Notes under the pieces: model-generated
The model's input: only the letters and a program-made list of their open reading frames with translations
Database searches by the model: none
What the model was told of the DNA's origin: nothing
Assembly: GCA_049322335.1 (NCBI GenBank)
Contig: JBMORL010000118.1
Coordinates: 4,316 to 54,478, forward strand
DNA: 50,163 bases
Direction: 5' to 3'
Source: Bacteroidota bacterium
GTDB taxonomy: Bacteria; Bacteroidota; Bacteroidia; Flavobacteriales_D; UBA2798
Program-made: the position numbers and the translations under genes
In this document: one piece after another, positions 38,257 through 46,446 of the stretch
Position numbering within the stretch: position 1 is the first letter of the stretch
Layout: each line of letters opens with the position of its first letter

Positions 38257-39963
38257 ATGCTACATTACCAGCCACACTACTACGACCTGTTTTATTTTCT
38301 CGCTGTAATTCTTCCTGTTTGGTATTTACTATGGGCTGGGAATAAAAAGGGAATTCCGGTTGTTCCATGGTCGCTTGTACTGATCACCACTATCCTATTT
38401 ATTATACTCGGATCTAAAATATTTACCATATCCCCGAATCAATGGCGCGTTTTTTTTGAGGAAGGAGTTCTTCCTGCAAACACAGGCAGAACAGTTTTGG
38501 GCGCATTGGCCGGATGCCTTTTTTCGCTTTACGTATGTAAAAAATATTTCCAATTCAGTTATCGTGTTTTTGATCTTATTGCACCGGTTATTCCATTATC
38601 AATGGCTATTCAACGGATCGGTTGTTTTTTACATGGCTGCTGTTTTGGCACTTCAACTGATGCTTTTTGGGCAGTGCAATATGGATTTAACACCCCTGCG
38701 CATATTCACCACAGCAATGAAGGCTGGATTTCAATTAGTGATGTTGCTTCTTTATCCGTACATCCTAACCAATTATATCAGTCATTTTCGTGTATTATCA
38801 TTTTTTTCCTTGCTGTATTTTATCTCAAACACAAACTCCATCGTCCCGGAAACTTATTATTGTCGGTAGTTGCATTGTATCTTGTCTCCCGTTTTTTCAC
38901 TGAATTTTTCAGGGCGGATATCACCAACGGAGCAGCGGGTGAAACCTGGCTGGAATTAAAATATATTCAATGGATTTTGTTGTTTTTTGTTTTTACGCTA
39001 TTTTATATTATCCGAAAACGCGAAAAAATAAAATCAGGCAGACATCCTATTAATGCTTTATTCACCGAATCAGTAAAAAAACACACTTTCATTTACTACC
39101 TGTTGTTTATTACCCTTCTTTTTTCATGGAGCTGGCTTCCATCAACAGAAAAACTTGTTATCTCTACGGCCATACTCTCTTCTTTTCTATTCTATTTAAA
39201 ACATTTTTCAAATTCAATTTCTTTATCAGGATTCAAATGGACATTTCTTTCCTTATTCCCGGTTTTACTTGTGTTTTTTTCTTTCAACACAACACAGCCG
39301 GATACTATCCCGCAGAAAAAAAATTATTTCTCAGCAGGAGCTGGTGCATACACAGGAGATTACACCTATATAGTTAGAGGCTGCAATTCCAGCACCTATT
39401 ATCATTCTAAATACAACATTTATGGCCTTGGAGTTTCATACAATCATTTTGATAAAGCAGGGAACAAATGGATCTTTACAGGAAGTTTTGCAAAAGGAAT
39501 TCAAACAGAAGCCAATACAAAAAGACATTTTACAACCGTTTATAATCTTATCGGAGGAGGATTACAGGCGAGATATGAAGGAAAAAAATGGGGTTATGGG
39601 CTTGGGGGATATTATGGCCGGTTCGTTCTGGGAATAGATGCCGTACCCGGCCTGCCTTTTGTTGAAGTAAGATATGGCAACGTAAAAAAATTATTTTTAG
39701 CAAGCGGATATGGTAATCAGTTTCCCGGAGTATCAGGGCTTGAAAACTTTTATATCGAAACCGGAACATCTCTTTTTAATAAAAAACATGACTTTAAATT
39801 CGGGTTTACTTTAGCGGGATTTTATCTCAGGGCTAAACTTGACCTTCTTAAATCCAAATTATCAGCAGAACCATACATGTATGCCGGAAATTTTGATTCA
39901 GATCCTTATAACGGATATACCACTTCACGATTCGGACTGGCACTTTGGTGGAATTTCAGGTAA
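38257..39963 (+). CDS. Fusion protein: an N-terminal prolipoprotein diacylglyceryl transferase (Lgt)-like polytopic membrane domain plus a ~300-aa C-terminal beta-rich domain of unknown function (possibly beta-barrel-like).
   Basis: About 7 TM helices with the Lgt-family signature region SMAIQRIGCFLHGCCFGT (compare Lgt GR[IL]G[NC]FxNGE/CC.G). The C-terminal part is rich in G/Y/F/N alternation (GYGLGGYYGRFVLGIDAV...), ending ALWWNFR. Confidence 0.55.
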   Translation: MLHYQPHYYDLFYFLAVILPVWYLLWAGNKKGIPVVPWSLVLITTILFIILGSKIFTISPNQWRVFFEEGVLPANTGRTVLGALAGCLFSLYVCKKYFQFSYRVFDLIAPVIPLSMAIQRIGCFLHGCCFGTSTDAFWAVQYGFNTPAHIHHSNEGWISISDVASLSVHPNQLYQSFSCIIIFFLAVFYLKHKLHRPGNLLLSVVALYLVSRFFTEFFRADITNGAAGETWLELKYIQWILLFFVFTLFYIIRKREKIKSGRHPINALFTESVKKHTFIYYLLFITLLFSWSWLPSTEKLVISTAILSSFLFYLKHFSNSISLSGFKWTFLSLFPVLLVFFSFNTTQPDTIPQKKNYFSAGAGAYTGDYTYIVRGCNSSTYYHSKYNIYGLGVSYNHFDKAGNKWIFTGSFAKGIQTEANTKRHFTTVYNLIGGGLQARYEGKKWGYGLGGYYGRFVLGIDAVPGLPFVEVRYGNVKKLFLASGYGNQFPGVSGLENFYIETGTSLFNKKHDFKFGFTLAGFYLRAKLDLLKSKLSAEPYMYAGNFDSDPYNGYTTSRFGLALWWNFR

Positions 39964-40009
39964 ACAGGAGAAACGATTTGAGATTTGACCCTTCGACCAG
40001 CTCAGGGTG

Positions 40010-40176
40010 GGGATTTGAGATATCAGACGGGAAGATTTTAGATGTTAGACTTATAGGTGAAATTTAACCTGGTTTTGTTTTAAAACACTGCCCGATACTA
40101 ACCATACTACGTGCGTCATTGCAAGCCGGCCTGATGTAAACAAAGGAGTTTTCGACCGCGGCAAGCTGCCAGTGCG
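40010..40176. repeat. Copy 2 of the ~165-bp direct repeat.
   Basis: Matches 37355-37524 (GGGGATTTGAGATATCAGACGGGAAG...CAGTGCG). It begins ~45 bp after the stop of the Lgt-like fusion gene. Confidence 0.85.
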
Positions 40177-40424
40177 GGAGACCTGAATCCGTGCAAAGGC
40201 TGGATACATTTTTCAAACAACTTTTTCTTTAAACTCTCGGTTGCATAGGAAAAAAGTAAAGGAAATTTTTCTATTTCGCGGCAATCCAATTTACTGATCC
40301 ATTCATTTTTATTTTCCGGCCTGGTGTTTTCTGAAGATGCGCTATTTTTTTCGGAGGGGTTGCAGCTAAATAGTAATAAAAATAAAAGGCTATTACTTAA
40401 AATTGATCTATAAACAATTTTCAT
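40116..40424 (-). CDS. Possible small lipoprotein. Its last ~20 codons lie inside direct-repeat copy 2.
   Basis: An internal ATG gives MKIVYRSILSNSLLFLLLFSCNP (lipobox). The gene is uncertain because its 3' end is supplied by the repeat. Confidence 0.3.
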   Translation of the reverse strand: MKIVYRSILSNSLLFLLLFSCNPSEKNSASSENTRPENKNEWISKLDCREIEKFPLLFSYATESLKKKLFEKCIQPLHGFRSPALAACRGRKLLCLHQAGLQ

Positions 40425-40485
40425 AAATACATTTTTTAGTTGAAGCGCCATCTTTTCAAGATTTGAGTTCAATCAAAACATAAAG

Positions 40486-40680
40486 TTATTTTTTACCATT
40501 TTTATTTATTGAAAACAAAACTAAACCAGTAACCATAAAAAACAAACTTAATATCAATAACTGAAACGAAAAATCTATCGGGCCACCGAAACCATTACCT
40601 CCATCTGTATTTCGAAACAGGAGAAATATCCCGATGATGAATAAAATTTTGCCCACGTTTTTTAAATGAAAAATATTCAT
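40486..40680 (-). CDS. Hypothetical small membrane protein (64 aa, two TM helices).
   Basis: Hydrophobic helices ILFIIGIFLLF and LLILSLFFMVTGLVLF. No homology inferable. Confidence 0.3.
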   Translation of the reverse strand: MNIFHLKNVGKILFIIGIFLLFRNTDGGNGFGGPIDFSFQLLILSLFFMVTGLVLFSINKNGKK

Positions 40681-40698
40681 AAATAATATTTAATCAAT

Positions 40699-40890
40699 TC
40701 ATAAATGGATCAAATCACCCGGGCTGGATTCCTTTATTTTTTTGATTATCTCTTCTCCATGCTCAAAAGACCGGCATGGAATTATAATTTTATTGGGCGG
40801 GTTTTTGATATCGTTCATCACTGCCAGGTTTCCTGCCATCATTTTTTCAATTTTCAATGTTCCGATGATTTTGGGGCGAATGATATGCAT
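40699..40890 (-). CDS. Hypothetical small protein (63 aa).
   Basis: Only an ORF in an otherwise empty interval. No motif. Confidence 0.25.
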   Translation of the reverse strand: MHIIRPKIIGTLKIEKMMAGNLAVMNDIKNPPNKIIIPCRSFEHGEEIIKKIKESSPGDLIHL

Positions 40891-40991
40891 GCTTAATTAT
40901 TCTATTCTACAGTTAATTTTGCGTTATAGAAACACTATTGAAGAAAACATATTTATTACAAGCCATCTCAAACCAATCCGTTTTACCCCCG

Positions 40992-41444
40992 TCAGCGGCT
41001 GGATTTTTTTTTCTTTTTTGAAGACCTGGCTTTTTTATTGAAGTCCAGCGCAAGATTTATCCAAAACTCAAATTCTTTTTTGGCTTTTAAATTATCCTCG
41101 TGAATAAAGAGATAGCCCCGGTATTCTTTATTTTTCATCTTCATGGTTTCGCATTTTTTTGTCCGCAACAGGTCATCGTGAATGGTGGGATCTATCCGGC
41201 ACATCAGCTTGTCATCACCTGACGAAAAGCACATTTTACCATTGACCATAAAAGTAGTACCGCGAAACATCTTTTTTTCTTCAACATTATCCAGGTGCTG
41301 TAATGCTTCACGAACCCGGTTGGTTAGTTTTTCGTTGTGTGCTATAATTTTTTTTATTTTAAAACCGTTATTAAAATTACTCCTGGCCACCAGACTTTTG
41401 CCCTGTGTTTTATTTCCAGATTCCGTTTTTTTCAGTGAGGACAA
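40992..41444 (-). CDS. TfoX N-terminal-domain protein (Sxy/TfoX_N-like), stand-alone.
   Basis: The motif EEKKMFRGTTFMVNGKMCF...DDKLMCRID matches the TfoX_N pattern (MFGG.G.Y.NGKMFA...DD.LYLK.D). The C-terminus is lysine-rich. Confidence 0.5.
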   Translation of the reverse strand: MSSLKKTESGNKTQGKSLVARSNFNNGFKIKKIIAHNEKLTNRVREALQHLDNVEEKKMFRGTTFMVNGKMCFSSGDDKLMCRIDPTIHDDLLRTKKCETMKMKNKEYRGYLFIHEDNLKAKKEFEFWINLALDFNKKARSSKKKKKSSR

Positions 41445-42174
41445 TGGGTGTATTACCAGTCACTACAATGGTATGCTCATGTTGAGCCATATAACCACCT
41501 TTGTTGCCCACCATTGTCCAGCCATCATTTAATGTCACCGCATAATTTGAGTGTGTTGAAATAAATGTTTCTATTGCAACAACAGAGTTATTTCTGAATT
41601 TTGTCAGATTAAATCTGTCCTTAAAATTGGCAATCTCAGAAGGTTCTTCGTGCAGGCTTCTGCCAATTCCGTGTCCTGTAAGATTTTTTATCACTTTGTA
41701 GCCGCGTTCTTTTGCTTCTGTTTCTATAAGGTGTCCGATATCTGAAACTCTTACACCGTCTTTGATATTTTCTATGGCTTTCTGGAGAATTTCCTTTGAT
41801 GCATCCACAAGCTTCCGGTGTCCGTTTTTATCTTCACCAAGCACAAACGAGCCACCGTTGTCAGACCAAAAGCCATTCAGCTCGGCCGAAACATCAATAT
41901 TCACCAAATCACCTTCTTTCAGTTTTCTGTTTTCAGACGGAATACCATGACAAAATTCGTTATTTACACTTATGCAGGTCCAGCCCGGAAAGCGATAAGT
42001 TAAAAACGGAGCTGATCTTGCACCAAAACCTGATAGTATAGTTGCTCCGAAGTTATCTAATTGTTTTGTCGTCATGCCCGGCTGAGCATAATTTCTCATT
42101 TCTTTTAGGGTGTAAGCAACGGCTTCGCTTGCCTTTTGCATCCCGATCAGTTCCTCTTCTTTTGTTATCGACAT
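41410..42174 (-). CDS. map: Methionine aminopeptidase, type I.
   Basis: Pita-bread fold metal ligands in context: D(101)/D(112) region GDLVNIDVSAELNGFWSDNG; HGIGRSLHEEP; TIVVTGN. 254 aa. Confidence 0.9.
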   Translation of the reverse strand: MSITKEEELIGMQKASEAVAYTLKEMRNYAQPGMTTKQLDNFGATILSGFGARSAPFLTYRFPGWTCISVNNEFCHGIPSENRKLKEGDLVNIDVSAELNGFWSDNGGSFVLGEDKNGHRKLVDASKEILQKAIENIKDGVRVSDIGHLIETEAKERGYKVIKNLTGHGIGRSLHEEPSEIANFKDRFNLTKFRNNSVVAIETFISTHSNYAVTLNDGWTMVGNKGGYMAQHEHTIVVTGNTPIVLTEKNGIWK

Positions 42175-42357
42175 ATTTGCCTGGTTAGTTTTTTATACGA
42201 TGGCTCCATTGTAAAACTATAACGGTTTCGGAGATTGGGCCAGTTGTTTTTAAACTGTAAATTATCTGCAGTTACCAGCATTTATTCGTCCATCCAACTG
42301 TTCACACTTCCCGTCTGCTCAAGATACCATACAGGTGTTCTTTTCAATTTATGTATA

Positions 42358-42921
42358 TTATTTCTTTCGTTTGTGTGTAAGTGTTACTGTTTTTAAATCT
42401 TTTCCGCTTGTGTCGGTATAAATCATTTCAAGAACAAACAGATCGTTGTCCACAAATGTAGTAACAGTCCGAACTCCTGCCACCTGGTTTGTTGTTACGT
42501 CAACATGATTTCCCCAGCATGTTATAATTTTTTCGTCAGACGATATTGTTCCTTCACTTGTCATGAAGTCAGTATGGGTGCTCTCAAAATGTATTTCAGT
42601 GTATTTGTTTTTGTAGCGGTCAAATCCAAGGTAGCGCACAACTGTCAGTGGTTTTCCCTCAAAACTGCTGTTGTATTCAAGTCTCATAAATCTTCCGTCC
42701 ATTACCCATTCGGCTTTGCAGGAAGTTTTCCCGTCAATGTATTTTCCATTTCCGACCGGAATTTTTAAGAAAACATCCCAGTCACCCTGCATTGTATTAT
42801 ACACCGTATGTTCTTTTCCGGGAGTATTACGATCATTGCCTGGTTGCTCCTGTTGTCCGGAAACGGGCTCAATAGAAAAAATGCTTGCGAGAAAAAGTAA
42901 AAACTGAAGCGTATGTTTCAT
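42358..42921 (-). CDS. Secreted hypothetical protein, possibly DUF1579-like (lipocalin-like fold).
   Basis: Signal peptide MKHTLQFLLFLASIFSIEPVSGQ. 187 aa. Loose resemblance only. Confidence 0.4.
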   Translation of the reverse strand: MKHTLQFLLFLASIFSIEPVSGQQEQPGNDRNTPGKEHTVYNTMQGDWDVFLKIPVGNGKYIDGKTSCKAEWVMDGRFMRLEYNSSFEGKPLTVVRYLGFDRYKNKYTEIHFESTHTDFMTSEGTISSDEKIITCWGNHVDVTTNQVAGVRTVTTFVDNDLFVLEMIYTDTSGKDLKTVTLTHKRKK

Positions 42922-42959
42922 ATTCGGTCTATATTATTAACCTGTAAGATGTAAACGTT

Positions 42960-43238
42960 TTATTTTCGAACTGTCCTGAGCAATTCTTTTTTTCGCTTTT
43001 CGGGTATGTCATTCCAGTGTACATTTAACAATGCTCCTTCAAAACTATACAAATAATAACAAACGGGAATGGTTTTACCGGGATAATTTTCCTTTATTCT
43101 TACGTATGCTTTTGAAGCGCCCATTTGTTGCAAGTCGGCAAGGCTATAAACACCAATTTCAGTTAATCGTTTGGCTATGGTTGGACCTATATTTTTAGCG
43201 CCTTTAAATCCTGTTACTGTTTTAGATTTCTGTTTCAT
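42960..43238 (-). CDS. TfoX C-terminal-domain protein (Sxy/TfoX_C-like), stand-alone.
   Basis: GAKNIGPTIAKRLTEIGVYSLADLQQMGASKAYVRI...YLYSFEGALLNVHWNDIPEKRKKEL matches the TfoX_C pattern (LPNIG..ERL..GI.T..L...GA...Y..L....L.LLYALEGAL.G.HW..L). Confidence 0.6.
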   Translation of the reverse strand: MKQKSKTVTGFKGAKNIGPTIAKRLTEIGVYSLADLQQMGASKAYVRIKENYPGKTIPVCYYLYSFEGALLNVHWNDIPEKRKKELLRTVRK

Positions 43239-43504
43239 GTTTTTAAACTCCTATAAATTGAACAATGTCTATAGCGATGTTATTGGGATCTTTGATTACA
43301 AAGTGTCGTTCACACCACACCACCATAATTGCGATAAATTTTCAGTCTGTCTATGTCTATTATGGTTGTCATAACGTTTGGCAGCTACCCGAAGTTGGCG
43401 TTTTTGGAACACTAAACTGTCTATAACCACAAATGCAAATTTAATGAATTAATGTTTATATGAGCACTTCCTCGCAATTTTGGGCAGGTGTTGTTAGTGG
43501 CAGA

Positions 43505-44557
43505 TTATTCTTCATTTAAAAGCACATAACTTATTTTGTCAATATTTTCATAAAGCTGTCCAACTCCGGAAAGATTACTTAAAACTATAATTCCCTTTTG
43601 TCTGTTTTGAGAAAACTTAAGACTTGATGTATATCCTGTTGTCGCTCCATCATGAAAGTAAATAGTGTCATTTTCTTTATAGTAAATGTCCCATGCTAAT
43701 CCAATGTCCACCTTGTCGTTAATTTTATAGGTTGCTTGTTTTGCCAATAGTATGTCTTGGTCAATTGATGATTTCGTGAAGAAGTTGTAGTCTAAAAAAT
43801 TTAGGATGTCTGAAGCGCTGGATAAAATAGCTCCAGCACTTTCATATACTCCATAGTCGGGATTTTGCAGCATATTGCCAGTGCTGTCTCTGCCCGAAAC
43901 AATTAATGAAGCGTCAATGTTTTTTTTGTCGCTACTTGTTTGCAACATTTTAAGTGGCAAGAGAATATTTTCCTTTAGAAGAACCGAATATGTCTTTTTT
44001 GTTGATTTACAAAGAATGTCACCTAAGATTGCAAAACCAAGATTAGAATATCCGAATTTACTACCTGTCTCAAACTCTAATTTCAAACCTTTCTTTAAAT
44101 ATGTGCTCAATTGTTTTTTGTTTAGAGACTTTTCCCTGGAAGAATTTGGCGCATTTTTAGGTAACCCAGAAGTGTGATTGCAAAGAGATAAAATAGTAAT
44201 ATTTTTCGATTGATTATTGTCATACTTTATTTTAAACGAATAATACTTTTGCAAGTCGTCTGAAAGTGAAACCACTCCTTTATTAGAAAGGTCAGCTATT
44301 AAAATCGCTGTAAATACTTTTGTTATTGAACCTATTTCAAATAACTTATTTTGATTTGACGTAATTACTAAAGAATCGTTCTCCTTTTTTAGTCCATAAA
44401 AAATTCTTTGGGAATTTTCGATAATTCCTATTGATAGTTCAGTTCCGTTAGGAAAGTATTTAGCGAGTTGTTTAATTTTATTGTACGTGTCTTGCTTTAT
44501 TGTCTGCCCAAATGTCGAAATGGTTGTGAGTAATAAGAAGGGCACTATTTTTTTCAT
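43505..44557 (-). CDS. Secreted serine hydrolase of the beta-lactamase / PBP (class C-like) family.
   Basis: Signal peptide. The SxxK motif sits in FEIGSITKVFTA. Downstream Y-x-N-like and GxT-type motifs plausible (YSNLGFAILG; HDGATTGYTS). Confidence 0.65.
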   Translation of the reverse strand: MKKIVPFLLLTTISTFGQTIKQDTYNKIKQLAKYFPNGTELSIGIIENSQRIFYGLKKENDSLVITSNQNKLFEIGSITKVFTAILIADLSNKGVVSLSDDLQKYYSFKIKYDNNQSKNITILSLCNHTSGLPKNAPNSSREKSLNKKQLSTYLKKGLKLEFETGSKFGYSNLGFAILGDILCKSTKKTYSVLLKENILLPLKMLQTSSDKKNIDASLIVSGRDSTGNMLQNPDYGVYESAGAILSSASDILNFLDYNFFTKSSIDQDILLAKQATYKINDKVDIGLAWDIYYKENDTIYFHDGATTGYTSSLKFSQNRQKGIIVLSNLSGVGQLYENIDKISYVLLNEE

Positions 44558-44607
44558 GGAGTTTCTTATTACTTTTCTGTCGGTCTATAATTTGCCCCTA
44601 ACTTATT

Positions 44608-44675
44608 TATAGTCGAAACACCGTTTCGCCTATACAACCATTTTGGGTGTATAGCCGCCATAACGTTTCGGCTAT
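44608..44675. other. Two related strong stem-loops in the 143-bp gap downstream of the OmpA-family gene: TATAGTCGAAAC-ACC-GTTTCGCCTATA and ATAGCCG-N11-CGGCTAT.
   Basis: A 12-bp stem with 1 mismatch and a 7-bp stem. Both elements share the GTTTCG(G/C)CTAT core. No U-tracts follow. Confidence 0.4.
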
Positions 44676-44700
44676 TTCTACCCGTAAATTTAAAAAATTT

Positions 44701-46245
44701 TCACTTACTCAACACCTTAAACTCCGTTCTCCTGTTCAGCTGGCGGCCTTCTTCGGTGTCGTTGGTGGCAACGGGTTTTTCTTCTCCGTATCCTTTGGCA
44801 ACAAGGCGATCTTTTGAAATATTTTTTCCGATCAGGTAATCCACCACCGCCTGTGCCCTTCTCTGGGAAAGCGAATGATTGTATTCATTGGTTCCCTTAT
44901 TATCGGTATGGCTTCCCAATTCTATTTTCAGTGTGGGGTTTTCGTTCATTAATGCCACCAGGCGGTTTAATTCACTTACGGATTCGCTGCGCAAAGTGGC
45001 TTTGTCGAAATCATAAAAAATATTGTTGAGCGTAATGGTTTTTCCGGCTTCAAGTTTTTTCAGTTCCACATCCTTGGTAATTTCCTGGTAAGCGGCTGTA
45101 TCGGGAATATTAAAATTCTCTGAATGGAACAAATATCCTTTTGCGCTAACAGTCAACCCGTAGTTTTTTCCCGAAGGAAGTGAAATAAGGTATTTTCCGG
45201 TGGAGCTATTGGAAGTAATGGTAGAATAAATTTCACCGGTGGAATTGTCGATAATCTCAATCGTTGATCCCAGTGGTAATTTAGTGGCTTCATCGGTAAC
45301 GGTTCCTTTCAGCAGGGTGAGCTTGGGACCTTTCATTTCTTTTTCCTTTTCTTTTTCCAGCGGAATAAAATTCACTTCAAAAATTTCCTTTTCATTTTCT
45401 TTGGTGAACGAAGAAAAATAAGCGGTTTTTCCGTTGGCATGCATCACAAAATACACATCGTCATTGGGTGTGTTGACGGGTGAACCCATATTGACAGGTG
45501 AATTCCATCGGTCGCCACTGCGTTTGGCAAAATAAATGTCGAGTTTACCCAATGTATTATGCCCTTCGGAACTGAAATAAAACGTCACCCCGTCAGGATG
45601 CATAAAAACACCTTCTTCGTTTTTGGAAGTGTTGATGGTGTTTCCTAGATTTACTGCATCAGTCCACTTGCCGTTAGACTGCTGCCGGCTCATCCATATA
45701 TCGCGCTGGCCATAACCACCGGGACGATTACTCACGAAATAAATCGTTTTTCCATCGGGAGAATAGCAGGCTGAAGATTCGTGGTGTTCGCTGTTTACAG
45801 GGGAAGGAAGTTTTTCGGGAGTGCTCCAGGCATTTCCCATCAGTTTTGATTCGTAGATATCGCCATTGCCGCTTACATCATCCTGGTAAAGGAGCATTTT
45901 CTGGCCATCAGCAGAAATACCGATGATGGAATTATGCCTTCCGGGCTGGTTAACGGGTTTGGGAAGAATAGTGGCAGATATATAGGATTTTGATTCTGTA
46001 TTAAAATAAGAAACATAAACGTTTTCGTTCGACAGCGTTCCTTTTTTGATCTCTTTTTCAGAAACCGGCCTGCGGGAGGTATAAAACAACTGGCTTGCAT
46101 CAGCTGTAATAACAGGAGCATAATCGGGAAATTTTGAATTAATTTCTGTACCGAGGTTTTTGATCTCAATCCGCACAGAATCGTTTTTTTGTGCAAACAA
46201 CAGGGGCGACACCAGTACAAGTGCAAGGGTAAAAATCCTTCTCAT
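44701..46245 (-). CDS. OmpA-family protein with N-terminal TolB-like (PD40/WD40-like) beta-propeller repeats and a C-terminal OmpA/MotB peptidoglycan-binding domain.
   Basis: Signal peptide MRRIFTLALVLVSPLLFAQ. Repeated SPDG..YFSS/YFVS motifs. C-terminal NIFYDFDKATLR...LSQRRAQAVVDYL...NRRTEFKVL, the canonical OmpA_C signature. Confidence 0.85.
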   Translation of the reverse strand: MRRIFTLALVLVSPLLFAQKNDSVRIEIKNLGTEINSKFPDYAPVITADASQLFYTSRRPVSEKEIKKGTLSNENVYVSYFNTESKSYISATILPKPVNQPGRHNSIIGISADGQKMLLYQDDVSGNGDIYESKLMGNAWSTPEKLPSPVNSEHHESSACYSPDGKTIYFVSNRPGGYGQRDIWMSRQQSNGKWTDAVNLGNTINTSKNEEGVFMHPDGVTFYFSSEGHNTLGKLDIYFAKRSGDRWNSPVNMGSPVNTPNDDVYFVMHANGKTAYFSSFTKENEKEIFEVNFIPLEKEKEKEMKGPKLTLLKGTVTDEATKLPLGSTIEIIDNSTGEIYSTITSNSSTGKYLISLPSGKNYGLTVSAKGYLFHSENFNIPDTAAYQEITKDVELKKLEAGKTITLNNIFYDFDKATLRSESVSELNRLVALMNENPTLKIELGSHTDNKGTNEYNHSLSQRRAQAVVDYLIGKNISKDRLVAKGYGEEKPVATNDTEEGRQLNRRTEFKVLSK

Positions 46246-46446
46246 AGCATTGTTTTTTCGGAACTAAAAATACAAATATTATTCCAGAGTCAAAACCCGG
46301 CCTGCGAATGAGGGGGCGGCCCACTTTGTGAGTTATGCCGGAGTATTTTATCCTTCTGGCTGTCCCGCTCCGGATATATTCCCCCGGGATAAAAACTTTG
46401 TGTTTTTTTAACACTTTTGGGCCGGTTTGTTCGTTACTTTTAGACT

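Noticed and set aside
45873-46414. ORFs 45873-46226 (-) and 46166-46414 (-) overlapping the OmpA-family gene start and the upstream region.
   Set aside because: They are alternative-frame overlaps of a confident CDS, or lie in the LRR gene promoter region. No support.
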